From the IMG/VR virus record IMGVR_UViG_2675903278_000001: 17,558 bases of DNA; one strand, written 5' to 3'. The stretch comes from a virus. Taxonomy: Duplodnaviria > Heunggongvirae > Uroviricota > Caudoviricetes. The notes beneath the pieces were generated by a model, which ran no database searches, had not been told where the DNA came from, and worked only from the letters and a program-made list of their open reading frames with translations. The translations under genes and the position numbers were made by a program. Shown here piece after piece: positions 1-11,725 of this stretch; positions within the stretch are counted from its first letter, which is position 1, and each line of letters begins with the position of its first letter.

Positions 1-242
1 AAAATCGTGTTGAGGCCAACGCCCATAATGCGGGCGGTTGCCCGGCATCCAACACCATTCATGGCCATATCAATGATTTTCTGGTGTGTACCGGGTTGAG
101 AAGCGGTGTAAGTGAACTGCAGTTGCCATGTTTTACGGCAGTGAGAGCAGAGATAGCGCTGATGTCCGGCAGTACTTTTACCGTTACGCACCACGCCTTC
201 AGTAGCTGAGCAGGAGGGACAACTGATGGAGATGGAAGCCAC
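1..242 (-). CDS. insA: IS1 InsA transposition regulator, truncated by the window edge (about 80 of ~91 codons present)
   Basis: Manual translation of the minus strand from a GTG at 242-240 gives [80 protein letters not shown], matching IS1 InsA with its Cys-rich zinc-finger-like N-terminus. Not in the ORF track because it has no stop inside the window. Confidence 0.85.
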   Translation of the reverse strand, partial: MASISISCPSCSATEGVVRNGKSTAGHQRYLCSHCRKTWQLQFTYTASQPGTHQKIIDMAMNGVGCRATARIMGVGLNTI

Positions 243-297
243 GGGAGCACCTCAAAAACACCATCATACACTAAATCAGTAAGTTGGCACCATTACC
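1..297 (-). mobile_element. IS1 insertion sequence, partial (terminal ~297 bp including one inverted-repeat end; the rest lies beyond the window start)
   Basis: Reverse complement of 260-297 reads GGTAATGGTGCCAACTTACTGATTTAGTGTATGATGG, the characteristic IS1 terminal inverted repeat (recalled from memory). The adjacent minus-strand reading frame translates as InsA. The element abuts Rz coding sequence at 297/298. Confidence 0.88.
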
Positions 298-628
298 GGC
301 GAACGCCACCATTACTGACATGCAGCAGCGCCAGCGTGATGCTGATGCACTCGATGATAAATACACGAAGGAGTTAGCTGATGCGAAAGCTGAAAATGAT
401 GCTCTTCGGCGCAAGCTTGATAATGGTGGTCGGGTGCTCGTCAAAGGAAAATGCCCTGTGCCATCCTCAGCCGAAACCTCCAGCGCCTCCGGCATGGGCA
501 ATGATGCCACCGTCGAACTCTCTCCAGTTGCTGGACGAAACGTTCTCGGTATCCGGGACGGAATTATCCGCGACCAAACAGCACTGAGAACGCTTCAGGA
601 ATACATCAGGACGCAATGCCTTCGATGA
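298..628 (+). pseudogene. Rz: Rz i-spanin, 3' fragment only (N-terminal ~40 codons removed or displaced by the IS1 insertion)
   Basis: The ORF-track protein 284-628 (ANATITDMQQRQRDADALDDKYTKELADAKAENDALRRKL...QEYIRTQCLR) matches the C-terminal two-thirds of lambda Rz. The frame is closed upstream by TAA at 272-274, inside IS1; the track's start at 284 is a TTG inside the IS1 terminus, not a real start. Confidence 0.85.
381..587 (+). CDS. Rz1: Rz1 o-spanin, outer-membrane lipoprotein embedded in the +1 frame of Rz
   Basis: 68 aa, MRKLKMMLFGASLIMVVGCSSKENALCHPQPKPPAPPAWAMMPP...: signal peptide with a VVGC lipobox and a proline-rich mature part, as in lambda Rz1. ATG at 381 is preceded by GGAG at 371-374. 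Wholly nested in the Rz remnant. Confidence 0.82.
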   Translation: MRKLKMMLFGASLIMVVGCSSKENALCHPQPKPPAPPAWAMMPPSNSLQLLDETFSVSGTELSATKQH

Positions 629-802
629 TAGCGATAATTTTACTCATCATCCTTCACATCTGGCTCTGTAGACAGGGTGGTGCTCACTTCTGGAGTGAAT
701 CCAGATTAAACATCTCATTGCTGATGCTTGATATTGAGCATTTTGCGCGCGGTAAGGGGCTGCGTTGAGATAAGAGTCAGTCATTACAAATACCAGGATT
801 TA

Positions 803-826
803 GCCTCGCATTCGCGGGGCTTTTTA
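803..826 (+). terminator. Putative intrinsic terminator-like hairpin (GC-rich imperfect stem followed by TTTTT) downstream of Rz/Rz1
   Basis: agCCTCGCattcGCGGGGcttttta at 803-826: imperfect GC-rich stem followed by a T-run on the plus strand. Confidence 0.4.
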
Positions 827-840
827 TTGCCATTACAAAA

Positions 841-860
841 GCCACTTCCTACAGAGTGGC
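841..860. other. Hairpin-forming inverted repeat GCCACT-N8-AGTGGC
   Basis: gccacttcctacagagtggc at 841-860: 6-bp perfect stem with an 8-nt loop, followed by TTTG on the plus strand. Function unknown. Confidence 0.3.
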
Positions 861-1119
861 TTTGATAATGGCTTATACCCTACACGGGATAACTTAACTG
901 ATATCCCTTTTAAAGGATAAAGGTATTCAAGCCTGACACATCATGCGCTGTATCGTCGCCGTATTCCCGTATTAACAGAGACCGTAGCCCGACGGGGAAC
1001 TCCTTCTGCGCGAGTGTGTGGGAATAATCAAAAACGATGCACACCGGGGTTACCGGGTACACATATTTCATCATGCCAGCGAGTCCGGTTCTGGCACGGA
1101 AGAAACCGGACGTTATGAT

Positions 1120-1545
1120 TTAGTGCGGAAATATTTGTGTAGTGTTCTGAATGTTCTCAGTAAAGAGTAATGAATTATCAAAGGTATAGTAATACCTTTT
1201 GTTTTCGTGGATATTTGTAATCCATCTGAAAACCCCTGCTGTAGCAAGATTTTTCCTGTATTCGTAAAATGATAACTCTCCTGATTTGAATCCTTTTAAG
1301 GTGGCTTCTATAAGGCATTTATTTTTTGAAAATCTTACATTTACAACCTTACCCTGTCCTTTTATTAAAACCGTATTATCGTTTTCAAGAACAAGATGAA
1401 TATTCTCTGTGGCTAAATAGTAAATGTAATGTGAGACATTGTGACGTTTTAGTTCAGAATAAAACCAGTGATAGTTTAAATTATTTCGCACTTTATCGAA
1501 TATTTGTTTAAAAATGGCAACCTGAGCCATTGTAGTACCTTCCAT
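1120..1545 (-). CDS. Hypothetical protein, 141 aa (136 aa from the second Met), AT-rich accessory gene, function unknown
   Basis: Complete minus-strand ORF in markedly AT-rich DNA. The second ATG (MAQVAIF...) is preceded by GGAAGG, so the real start is probably 1530. Lies 41 bp downstream (same strand) of the RHH-like ORF. I recognise no known domain. A closely similar ORF exists near the right end of lambda as far as I recall. Confidence 0.65.
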   Translation of the reverse strand: MEGTTMAQVAIFKQIFDKVRNNLNYHWFYSELKRHNVSHYIYYLATENIHLVLENDNTVLIKGQGKVVNVRFSKNKCLIEATLKGFKSGELSFYEYRKNLATAGVFRWITNIHENKRYYYTFDNSLLFTENIQNTTQIFPH

Positions 1546-1586
1546 GTGATATGAGGGGTGTAGTCTGCACGATTATCTAAATTGCT

Positions 1587-1820
1587 TCAATCTGGTCTGA
1601 TCTGTTTTCTGAGCAATTCAGTAATGTCACTCTTTTCTTTGTTTGCTTCAGGAGAAACTCTTTTTTCTGAGCACAGTCTCCGGCGGCAGGCTTCAATGAC
1701 CCAGGCTGAGAAATTCCCGGACCCTTTTTGATCAAGAGCGATGTTAATTTGTTCAATCATTTGGTTAGGAAAGCGGATGTTGCGGGTTGTTGTTCTGCGG
1801 GTTCTGTTCTTCGTTGACAT
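1587..1820 (-). CDS. Small ribbon-helix-helix-like (Arc/MetJ/CopG-type) putative DNA-binding protein, 77 aa
   Basis: MSTKNRTRRTTTRNIRFPNQMIEQINIALDQKGSGNFSAWVIEACRRRL...: basic N-terminal tail, a short beta-strand motif (RNIRFP), then two helices, which is the typical RHH layout. GGGA lies upstream of the ATG (minus strand). Sits directly beside cos and is transcribed away from it. Confidence 0.6.
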   Translation of the reverse strand: MSTKNRTRRTTTRNIRFPNQMIEQINIALDQKGSGNFSAWVIEACRRRLCSEKRVSPEANKEKSDITELLRKQIRPD

Positions 1821-1989
1821 GAGGTTGTCCCGTATTCAGTGTCGCTGATTTGTATTGTCTGAAGTTGTTTTTACGTTAAGTTGATGCAGATCAATTAATA
1901 CGATACCTGCGTCATAATTGATTATTTGACGTGGTTTGATGGCGTAGATGCACGTTGTGACATGCAGATGATAATTATTATCATTTTGC

Positions 1990-2190
1990 GGGTCCTTTCC
2001 GGCGATCCGACAGGTTACGGGGCGGCGACCTCGCGGGTTTTCGCTATTTATGAAAATTTTCCGGTTTAAGGTGTTTCCGTTCTTCTTCGTCGTAACTTAA
2101 TGTTTTTATTTAAAATACCCCCTGAAAAGAAAGGAAACGACAGGTGCTGAAAGCGAGCTTTTTGGCCTCTGTCGTTTCCTTTCTCTGTTT
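1990..2190 (+). promoter_or_regulatory. cos: cos site: cosQ, cosN (12-nt cohesive-end sequence GGGCGGCGACCT at 2020-2031) and cosB with R3, IHF-site region, R2 and R1 terminase small-subunit binding elements
   Basis: ggttacgGGGCGGCGACCTcgcgggttttcgc matches the lambda cohesive-end junction. R-element-like repeats: gtgtttccgttcttcttcg (~2071-2089), gaaaagaaaggaaacgacag (~2124-2143, inverted), ctgtcgtttcctttctctg (~2169-2187). An A/T-rich stretch at ~2100-2120 lies between R3 and R2, where lambda has the IHF site I1. Confidence 0.9.
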
Positions 2191-2208
2191 TTGTCCGTGG
2201 AATGAACA

Positions 2209-2728
2209 ATGGAAGTCAACAAAAAGCAGCTGGCTGACATTTTCGGTGCGAGTATCCGTACCATTCAGAACTGGCAGGAACAGGGAATGCCCGTTCTGCG
2301 AGGCGGTGGCAAGGGTAATGAGGTGCTTTATGACTCTGCCGCCGTCATAAAATGGTATGCCAAAAGGGATGCTGAAATTGAGAACGAAAAGCTGCGCCGG
2401 GAGGTTGAAGAACTGCGGCAGGCCAGCGAGGCAGATCTCCAGCCAGGGACTATTGAGTACGAACGCCATCGACTTACGCGTGCGCAGGCCGACGCACAGG
2501 AACTGAAGAATGCCAGAGACTCCGCTGAAGTGGTGGAAACCGCATTCTGTACTTTCGTGTTGTCGCGGATCGCAGGTGAAATTGCCAGTATTCTCGACGG
2601 GATCCCCCTGTCGGTGCAGCGGCGTTTTCCGGAACTGGAAAACCGACATGTTGATTTCCTGAAACGGGATATCATCAAAGCCATGAACAAAGCAGCCGCG
2701 CTGGATGAACTGATACCGGGGTTGCTGA

Positions 2729-2754
<26 letters not shown>
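2209..2754 (+). CDS. nu1: Terminase small subunit (DNA recognition, winged-HTH N-terminus)
   Basis: 181 aa, MEVNKKQLADIFGASIRTIQNWQEQGMPVLRGGGKGNEV... matches lambda gpNu1. Lies immediately downstream of cosB and overlaps A. Confidence 0.96.
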
Positions 2755-6435
<3,681 letters not shown>

Positions 6436-6455
<20 letters not shown>

Positions 6456-7755
6456 TCTCCCGCATATTGCCAGCATGGCCTTTAATGAGCCGCTGATGCT
6501 TGAACCCGCCTATGCGCGGGTTTTCTTTTGTGCGCTTGCAGGCCAGCTTGGGATCAGCCGCCTGACGGATGCGGTGTCCGGCGACAGCCTGACTGCCCAG
6601 GAGGCACTCGCGACGCTGGCATTATCCGGTGATGATGACGGACCACGACAGGCCCGCAGTTATCAGGTCATGAACGGCATCGCCGTGCTGCCGGTGTCCG
6701 GCACGCTGGTCAGCCGGACGCGGGCGCTGCAGCCGTACTCGGGGATGACCGGTTACAACGGCATTATCGCCCGTCTGCAACAGGCTGCCAGCGACCCGAT
6801 GGTGGACGGCATTCTGCTCGATATGGACACGCCAGGCGGAATGGTGGCGGGGGCATTTGACTGCGCTGACATCATCGCCCGTGTGCGTGACATAAAACCG
6901 GTATGGGCGCTGGCCAACGACATGAACTGCAGTGCAGGTCAGCTGCTTGCCAGTGCCGCCTCCCGGCGTCTGGTCACGCAGACCGCCCGGACAGGCTCCA
7001 TCGGCGTCATGATGGCTCACAGTAATTACGGTGCTGCCCTGGAGAAACAGGGTGTGGAAATCACGCTGATTTACAGCGGCAGCCATAAGGTGGATGGCAA
7101 TCCCTACAGCCATCTTCCGGATGACGTCCGGGAGACACTGCAGTCCCGGATGGACGCAACCCGCCGGATGTTTGCACAGAAGGTGTCGGCATATACCGGC
7201 CTGTCTGTGCAGGCTGTGCTGGATACCGAGGCTGCAGTGTACAGCGGTCAGGAGGCCATTGATGCCGGACTGGCTGATGAACTTGTTAACAGCACCGATG
7301 CGATCACCGTCATGCGTGATGCACTGGATGCGCGTAAATCCCGTCTCTCAGGAGGGCGAATGACCAAAGAGACTCAATCAACAACTGTTTCAGCCACTGC
7401 TTCGCAGACTGACGTTACTGACGTGGTGCCAGCGACGGAGGGCGAAAACGCCAGCGCGGCGCAGCCGGACGTGAACGCGCAGATCACCGCAGCGGTTGCG
7501 GCAGAAAACAGCCGCATTATGGGGATCCTCAACTGTGAGGAGGCTCACGGACGCGAAGAACAGGCCCGCGTGCTGGCAGAAACCCCCGGTATGACCGTGG
7601 AAACGGCCCGCCGCATTCTGGCAGCTGCACCACAGAGTGCACAGGCGCGCAGTGACACTGCGCTGGATCGTCTGATGCAGGGGGCACCGGCACCGCTGGC
7701 TGCAGGTAACCCGGCATCTGATGCCGTTAACGATTTGCTGAACACACCAGTGTAA
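6436..7755 (+). CDS. C: Prohead (capsid maturation) protease C, GTG start
   Basis: The ORF-track frame 6301-7755 contains VTAELRNLPHIASMAFNEPLMLEPAYARVFF..., and lambda gpC begins at the TAELRNL position. GTG at 6436 gives 439 aa, the lambda length. The track's start at 6301 is an in-frame upstream extension overlapping B and is not used. Confidence 0.92.
7150..7755 (+). CDS. nu3: Scaffolding protein Nu3, nested in-frame in the 3' part of C
   Basis: Internal ATG at 7150 in the C frame (MDATRRMFAQKVSAYTG...). Position corresponds to the lambda nu3 start; the nested in-frame arrangement is known lambda biology. Confidence 0.8.
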   Translation: MDATRRMFAQKVSAYTGLSVQAVLDTEAAVYSGQEAIDAGLADELVNSTDAITVMRDALDARKSRLSGGRMTKETQSTTVSATASQTDVTDVVPATEGENASAAQPDVNAQITAAVAAENSRIMGILNCEEAHGREEQARVLAETPGMTVETARRILAAAPQSAQARSDTALDRLMQGAPAPLAAGNPASDAVNDLLNTPV

Positions 7756-7764
7756 GGGATGTTT

Positions 7765-8097
7765 ATGACGAGCAAAGAAACCTTTACCCATTACCAGCCG
7801 CTGGGCAACAGTGACCCGGCACATACGGCAACCGCGCCCGGCGGATTGAGTGCGAAAGCGCCTGCAATGACCCCGCTGATGCTGGATACCTCCACCCGTA
7901 AGCTGGTTGCGTGGGATGGCACCACCGACGGTGCTGCCGTTGGCATTCTGGCGGTTGATGCTGACCAGACCAGCACCACGCTGACGTTCTACAAGTCCGG
8001 CACGTTCCGTTATGAGGATGTGCTCTGGCCGGAGGCTGCCAGCGACGAGACGAAAAAACGGACCGCGTTTGCCGGAACGGCAATCAGCATCGTTTAA
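7765..8097 (+). CDS. D: Head decoration (capsid-stabilising) protein D
   Basis: 110 aa from ATG 7765 ([27 protein letters not shown]...), matching lambda gpD. TAAGGGA precedes the start. The track's start at 7759 adds MF and is less likely. Confidence 0.95.
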   Translation: MTSKETFTHYQPLGNSDPAHTATAPGGLSAKAPAMTPLMLDTSTRKLVAWDGTTDGAAVGILAVDADQTSTTLTFYKSGTFRYEDVLWPEAASDETKKRTAFAGTAISIV

Positions 8098-8118
8098 CTT
8101 TACCCTTCATCACTAAAG

Positions 8119-8139
8119 GCCGCCTGTGCGGCTTTTTTT
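8119..8139 (+). terminator. Terminator-like hairpin between D and E (GCCGC-ctgt-GCGGC followed by T7)
   Basis: aaaGGCCGCctgtGCGGCttttttta: perfect 5-6 bp GC stem, 4-nt loop, seven T residues on the plus strand. Inside the late operon, so likely a partial terminator or RNA-stability element. Confidence 0.45.
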
Positions 8140-8152
8140 ACGGGATTTTTTT

Positions 8153-9178
8153 ATGTCGATGTACACAACCGCCCAGCTGCTGGCGGCAAATGAGCAGAAA
8201 TTTAAGTTTGATCCGCTGTTTCTGCGTCTCTTTTTCCGTGAGAGCTATCCCTTCACTACGGAGAAAGTCTATCTCTCACAAATTCCGGGACTGGTAAACA
8301 TGGCGCTGTACGTTTCGCCGATTGTTTCCGGTGAGGTTATCCGTTCCCGTGGCGGCTCCACCTCTGAATTTACGCCGGGATATGTCAAACCCAAGCATGA
8401 AGTGAATCCGCAGATGACCCTGCGTCGCCTGCCGGATGAAGATCCGCAGAATCTGGCGGACCCGGCTTACCGCCGCCGTCGCATCATCCTGCAGAACATG
8501 CGTGACGAAGAGCTGGCCATTGCTCAGGTCGAAGAGATGCAGGCAGTTTCTGCCGTGCTCAAGGGCAAATACACCATGACCGGTGAAGTCTTCGATCCGG
8601 TTGAGGTGGATATGGGCCGCAGTGCGGCGAACAACATCACGCAGTCCGGCGGCACGGAGTGGAGCAAGCGTGACAAGTCCACGTATGACCCGACCGACGA
8701 TATCGAAGCCTACGCGCTGAACGCCAGCGGCGTGGTGAATATCATCGTGTTTGATCCGAAAGGCTGGGCGCTGTTCCGTTCCTTCAAAGCCGTCAAGGAG
8801 AAGCTGGATACCCGTCGCGGCTCTCATTCCGAACTGGAGACAGCGGTAAAAGACCTGGGCGAAGCGGTGTCCTATAAGGGGATGTATGGCGATACGGCGA
8901 TCGTCGTGTATTCCGGACAGTACGTGGAAAACGACGTCAAAAAGAACTTCCTGCCGGACAACACGATGGTGCTGGGGAACACTCAGGCACGCGGTCTGCG
9001 CACCTATGGCTGCATTCAGGATGCGGACGCACAGCGCGAAGGTATTAACGCCTCTGCCCGCTACCCGAAAAACTGGGTGACCACCGGCGATCCGGCGCGT
9101 GAGTTCACCATGATTCAGTCAGCACCGCTGATGCTGCTGGCTGATCCTGATGCGTTCGTGTCCGTACAACTGGCGTAA
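8153..9178 (+). CDS. E: Major capsid protein E
   Basis: 341 aa from ATG 8153 (MSMYTTAQLLAANEQKFKFDPLFLRLFFRESYPF...), matching lambda gpE. The track's start at 8126 is an upstream extension. Confidence 0.96.
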   Translation: MSMYTTAQLLAANEQKFKFDPLFLRLFFRESYPFTTEKVYLSQIPGLVNMALYVSPIVSGEVIRSRGGSTSEFTPGYVKPKHEVNPQMTLRRLPDEDPQNLADPAYRRRRIILQNMRDEELAIAQVEEMQAVSAVLKGKYTMTGEVFDPVEVDMGRSAANNITQSGGTEWSKRDKSTYDPTDDIEAYALNASGVVNIIVFDPKGWALFRSFKAVKEKLDTRRGSHSELETAVKDLGEAVSYKGMYGDTAIVVYSGQYVENDVKKNFLPDNTMVLGNTQARGLRTYGCIQDADAQREGINASARYPKNWVTTGDPAREFTMIQSAPLMLLADPDAFVSVQLA

Positions 9179-9219
9179 TCATGGCCCTTCGGGGCCATTT
9201 TCTCTCTGTGGAGGAGTCC

Positions 9220-9615
9220 ATGACGAAAGATGAACTGATTGCCCGTCTTCAGGTGCTGGGTGAGCAACTGAACCGTGATGTCAGCCTGACGGGGACGAAA
9301 GAAGAACTGGTGCTCCGTGTGGCAGAGCTGGAAGAGGAGCTTGATGACACGGATGACGCTGCCGGTCAGGACACATCTGTCAGCCCGGAAAATGCGCTGA
9401 CCGGACATGAAAATGAGGTGGTATCAGCGCAGCCGGATACCGTGATTGATACGGCTGCTCTGGTCACGGTCGTGGCACTGGTGACGCTGCATACTGATGC
9501 ACTTCACGCCACGCGGGATGAGCCTGTGGCATTTGTGCTGCCGGGAACGGCGTTTCGTGTCTCTGCCGGTGTGGCAGCCGAAATGACAGAACATGGCCTG
9601 GCCAGAATGCAATAA
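9220..9615 (+). CDS. FI: DNA-packaging accessory protein FI
   Basis: 131 aa from ATG 9220 (MTKDELIARLQVLGEQLNRDVSLTGTKEEL...GLARMQ), matching lambda gpFI. By my coordinate arithmetic it is one codon shorter than the lambda reference. Confidence 0.93.
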   Translation: MTKDELIARLQVLGEQLNRDVSLTGTKEELVLRVAELEEELDDTDDAAGQDTSVSPENALTGHENEVVSAQPDTVIDTAALVTVVALVTLHTDALHATRDEPVAFVLPGTAFRVSAGVAAEMTEHGLARMQ

Positions 9616-9626
9616 CGGGAGGCGCT

Positions 9627-9980
9627 GTGGCTGATTCCGATAACCTGTTCGATGCTGCCATTGCCCGCGCCGATGAAACGATACGCGGGTACATGGGAAC
9701 GTCAGCCACCATGACATCCGGTGAGCAGTCCGGTGCTGTGATACGTGGTGTTTTTGATGACCCTGAAAATATCAGCTATGCCGGACAGGGGGTGCGCGTT
9801 GAAGGCTCCAGCCCGTCCCTGTTTGTCCGGACTGATGATGTGCGGCAGCTGCGGCGCGGCGACACGCTGACCATCGGTGAGGAAAACTTCTGGATAGACC
9901 GGATTTCGCCGGATGATGGCGGAAGCTGTCATCTCTGGCTTGGGCGGGGCGTACCGCCTGCCGTTAACCGTCGCCGCTGA
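9627..9980 (+). CDS. FII: Head-tail joining protein FII, GTG start
   Basis: 117 aa, (M)ADSDNLFDAAIARADETIRGYMGTSAT...GRGVPPAVNRRR, matching lambda gpFII. GGGAGG lies 6 nt upstream of the GTG. Confidence 0.94.
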   Translation: MADSDNLFDAAIARADETIRGYMGTSATMTSGEQSGAVIRGVFDDPENISYAGQGVRVEGSSPSLFVRTDDVRQLRRGDTLTIGEENFWIDRISPDDGGSCHLWLGRGVPPAVNRRR

Positions 9981-9991
9981 AAGGGGGATGT

Positions 9992-10570
9992 ATGGCCATA
10001 AAAGGTCTTGAGCAGGCCGTTGAAAACCTCAGCCGTATCAGCAGAACGGCGGTGCCCGGTGCCGCCGCAATGGCCATTAACCGCGTTGCTTCATCCGCGA
10101 TATCGCAGTCGGTGGCACAGGTTGCCCGTGAGACAAAGGTACGCCGGAAACTGGTAAAGGAAAGGGCCAGGCTGAAAAGGGCCACGGTCAAAAATCCGCA
10201 GGCCAGAATCAGGGTTAACCGGGGGGATTTGCCCGTAATCAAGCTGGGTAACGCGCGGGTTGTCCTTTCCCGCCGCAGACGTCGTAAAAAGGGGCAGCGT
10301 TCATCCCTGAAAGGTGGCGGCAGCGTGCTTGTGGTGGGAAACCGTCGTATTCCCGGCGCGTTTATTCAGCAACTGAAAAATGGCCGGTGGCATGTCATGC
10401 AGCGTGTGGCCGGGAAAAACCGTTACCCCATTGATGTGGTGAAAATCCCGATGGCGGTGCCGCTTACCACGGCGTTTAAACAGAATATTGAACGGATACG
10501 GCGTGAACGTCTTCCGAAAGAGCTGGGCTATGCGCTGCAGCATCAACTGAGAATGGTAATAAAGCGATGA
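9992..10570 (+). CDS. Z: Tail completion protein Z
   Basis: 192 aa, the length and position of lambda gpZ (MAIKGLEQAVENLSRISRTAVPG...). Confidence 0.94.
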   Translation: MAIKGLEQAVENLSRISRTAVPGAAAMAINRVASSAISQSVAQVARETKVRRKLVKERARLKRATVKNPQARIRVNRGDLPVIKLGNARVVLSRRRRRKKGQRSSLKGGGSVLVVGNRRIPGAFIQQLKNGRWHVMQRVAGKNRYPIDVVKIPMAVPLTTAFKQNIERIRRERLPKELGYALQHQLRMVIKR

Positions 10571-10962
10571 AACATACTGAACTCCGTGCAGCCGTACTGG
10601 ATGCACTGGAGAAGCATGACACCGGGGCGACGCTTTTTGATGGTCGCCCCGCTGTTTTTGATGAGGCGGATTTTCCGGCAATTGCCGTTTATCTCACCGG
10701 CGCTGAATACACGGGCGAAGAGCTGGACAGCGATACCTGGCAGGCGGAGCTGCATATTGAAGTTTTCCTGCCTGCTCAGGTGCCGGATTCAGAGTTGGAT
10801 TCGTGGATGGAGTCCCGGATTTATCCGGTGATGAGCGATATCCCGGCACTGTCAGATTTGATCACCAGTATGGTGGCCAGTGGCTATGACTACCGGCGCG
10901 ACGATGATGCGGGCCTGTGGAGTTCAGCCGATCTGACGTATGTCATTACCTATGAAATGTGA
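10567..10962 (+). CDS. U: Tail terminator protein U
   Basis: 131 aa ([31 protein letters not shown]...), the length and position of lambda gpU. 4-nt overlap with Z. Confidence 0.94.
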   Translation: MKHTELRAAVLDALEKHDTGATLFDGRPAVFDEADFPAIAVYLTGAEYTGEELDSDTWQAELHIEVFLPAQVPDSELDSWMESRIYPVMSDIPALSDLITSMVASGYDYRRDDDAGLWSSADLTYVITYEM

Positions 10963-10969
10963 GGACGCT

Positions 10970-11710
10970 ATGCCTGTACCAAATCCTACAATGCCGGTGA
11001 AAGGTGCCGGGACCACCCTGTTGGTTTATAAGGGGAGCGGTGACCCTTATGCGAATCCGCTTTCAGACGTTGACTGGTCGCGTCTGGCAAAAGTTAAAGA
11101 CCTGACGCCCGGCGAACTGACCGCTGAGTCCTATGACGACAGCTATCTCGATGATGAAAATGCGGACTGGACTGCGACCGGGCAGGGGCAGAAATCTGCC
11201 GGAGATACCAGCTTCACGCTGGCGTGGATGCCCGGAGAGCAGGGGCAGCAGGCGCTGCTGGCGTGGTTTAATGAAGGCGATACCCGTGCCTATAAAATCC
11301 GCTTCCCGAACGGCACGGTCGATGTGTTCCGTGGCTGGGTCAGCAGTATCGGTAAGGCGGTGACGGCGAAGGAAGTGATCACCCGCACGGTGAAAGTCAC
11401 CAATGTGGGACGTCCGTCGATGGCAGAAGATCGCAGCACGGTGACGGCGACAACCGGCATGACGGTGACACCCGCCAGTGCTTCCGTAGTGAAAGGGCAG
11501 AGCACCACGCTGACCGTGGCATTCCAGCCGGAGTGCGCAACCGACAAGAGCTTCCGTGCGGTGTCTGCGGATAAAACAAAAGCCACCGTGTCGGTCAGTG
11601 GTATGACCATCACCGTGAAAGGTGTTGCTGCAGGCAAGGTCAACATTCCGGTCGTATCCGGTAATGGTGAGTTTGCTGCGGTTGCAGAAATCAACGTCAC
11701 CGCCAGTTAA
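10970..11710 (+). CDS. V: Major tail tube protein V with C-terminal Ig-like domain
   Basis: 246 aa from ATG 10970 ([36 protein letters not shown]...), matching lambda gpV. The T/V-rich C-terminal segment is typical of the Ig-like domain. The track's start at 10940 is an upstream extension. Confidence 0.95.
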   Translation: MPVPNPTMPVKGAGTTLLVYKGSGDPYANPLSDVDWSRLAKVKDLTPGELTAESYDDSYLDDENADWTATGQGQKSAGDTSFTLAWMPGEQGQQALLAWFNEGDTRAYKIRFPNGTVDVFRGWVSSIGKAVTAKEVITRTVKVTNVGRPSMAEDRSTVTATTGMTVTPASASVVKGQSTTLTVAFQPECATDKSFRAVSADKTKATVSVSGMTITVKGVAAGKVNIPVVSGNGEFAAVAEINVTAS

Positions 11711-11725
11711 TCCGGAGAGTCAGCG

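Noticed and set aside
284-297. ORF-track start of the 114-aa protein at 284
   Set aside because: Position 284 is a TTG inside the IS1 terminal repeat. The ORF is the Rz 3' fragment fused in frame to IS1 end sequence, not a gene with its own start.
632-784. ~50-aa minus-strand ORF (MTDSYLNAAPYRAQNAQYQ...) in the post-Rz spacer
   Set aside because: Below the size where I can separate chance ORFs from genes without homology evidence, and there is no convincing Shine-Dalgarno. Noted only as a target for tblastn or ribosome profiling.
1083-1111. Stem-loop (GTCCGGTT-N12-AACCGGAC) just below the stop of the 141-aa minus-strand gene, as a possible terminator
   Set aside because: On the minus strand the stem is not followed by a U-tract, so it is not a canonical intrinsic terminator. 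It may still stabilise the 3' end, but the sequence alone does not support calling it.
2144-2350. 68-aa plus-strand ORF spanning cosB and the nu1 start
   Set aside because: Overlaps the terminase binding sites and the well-supported nu1 in another frame. No independent support.
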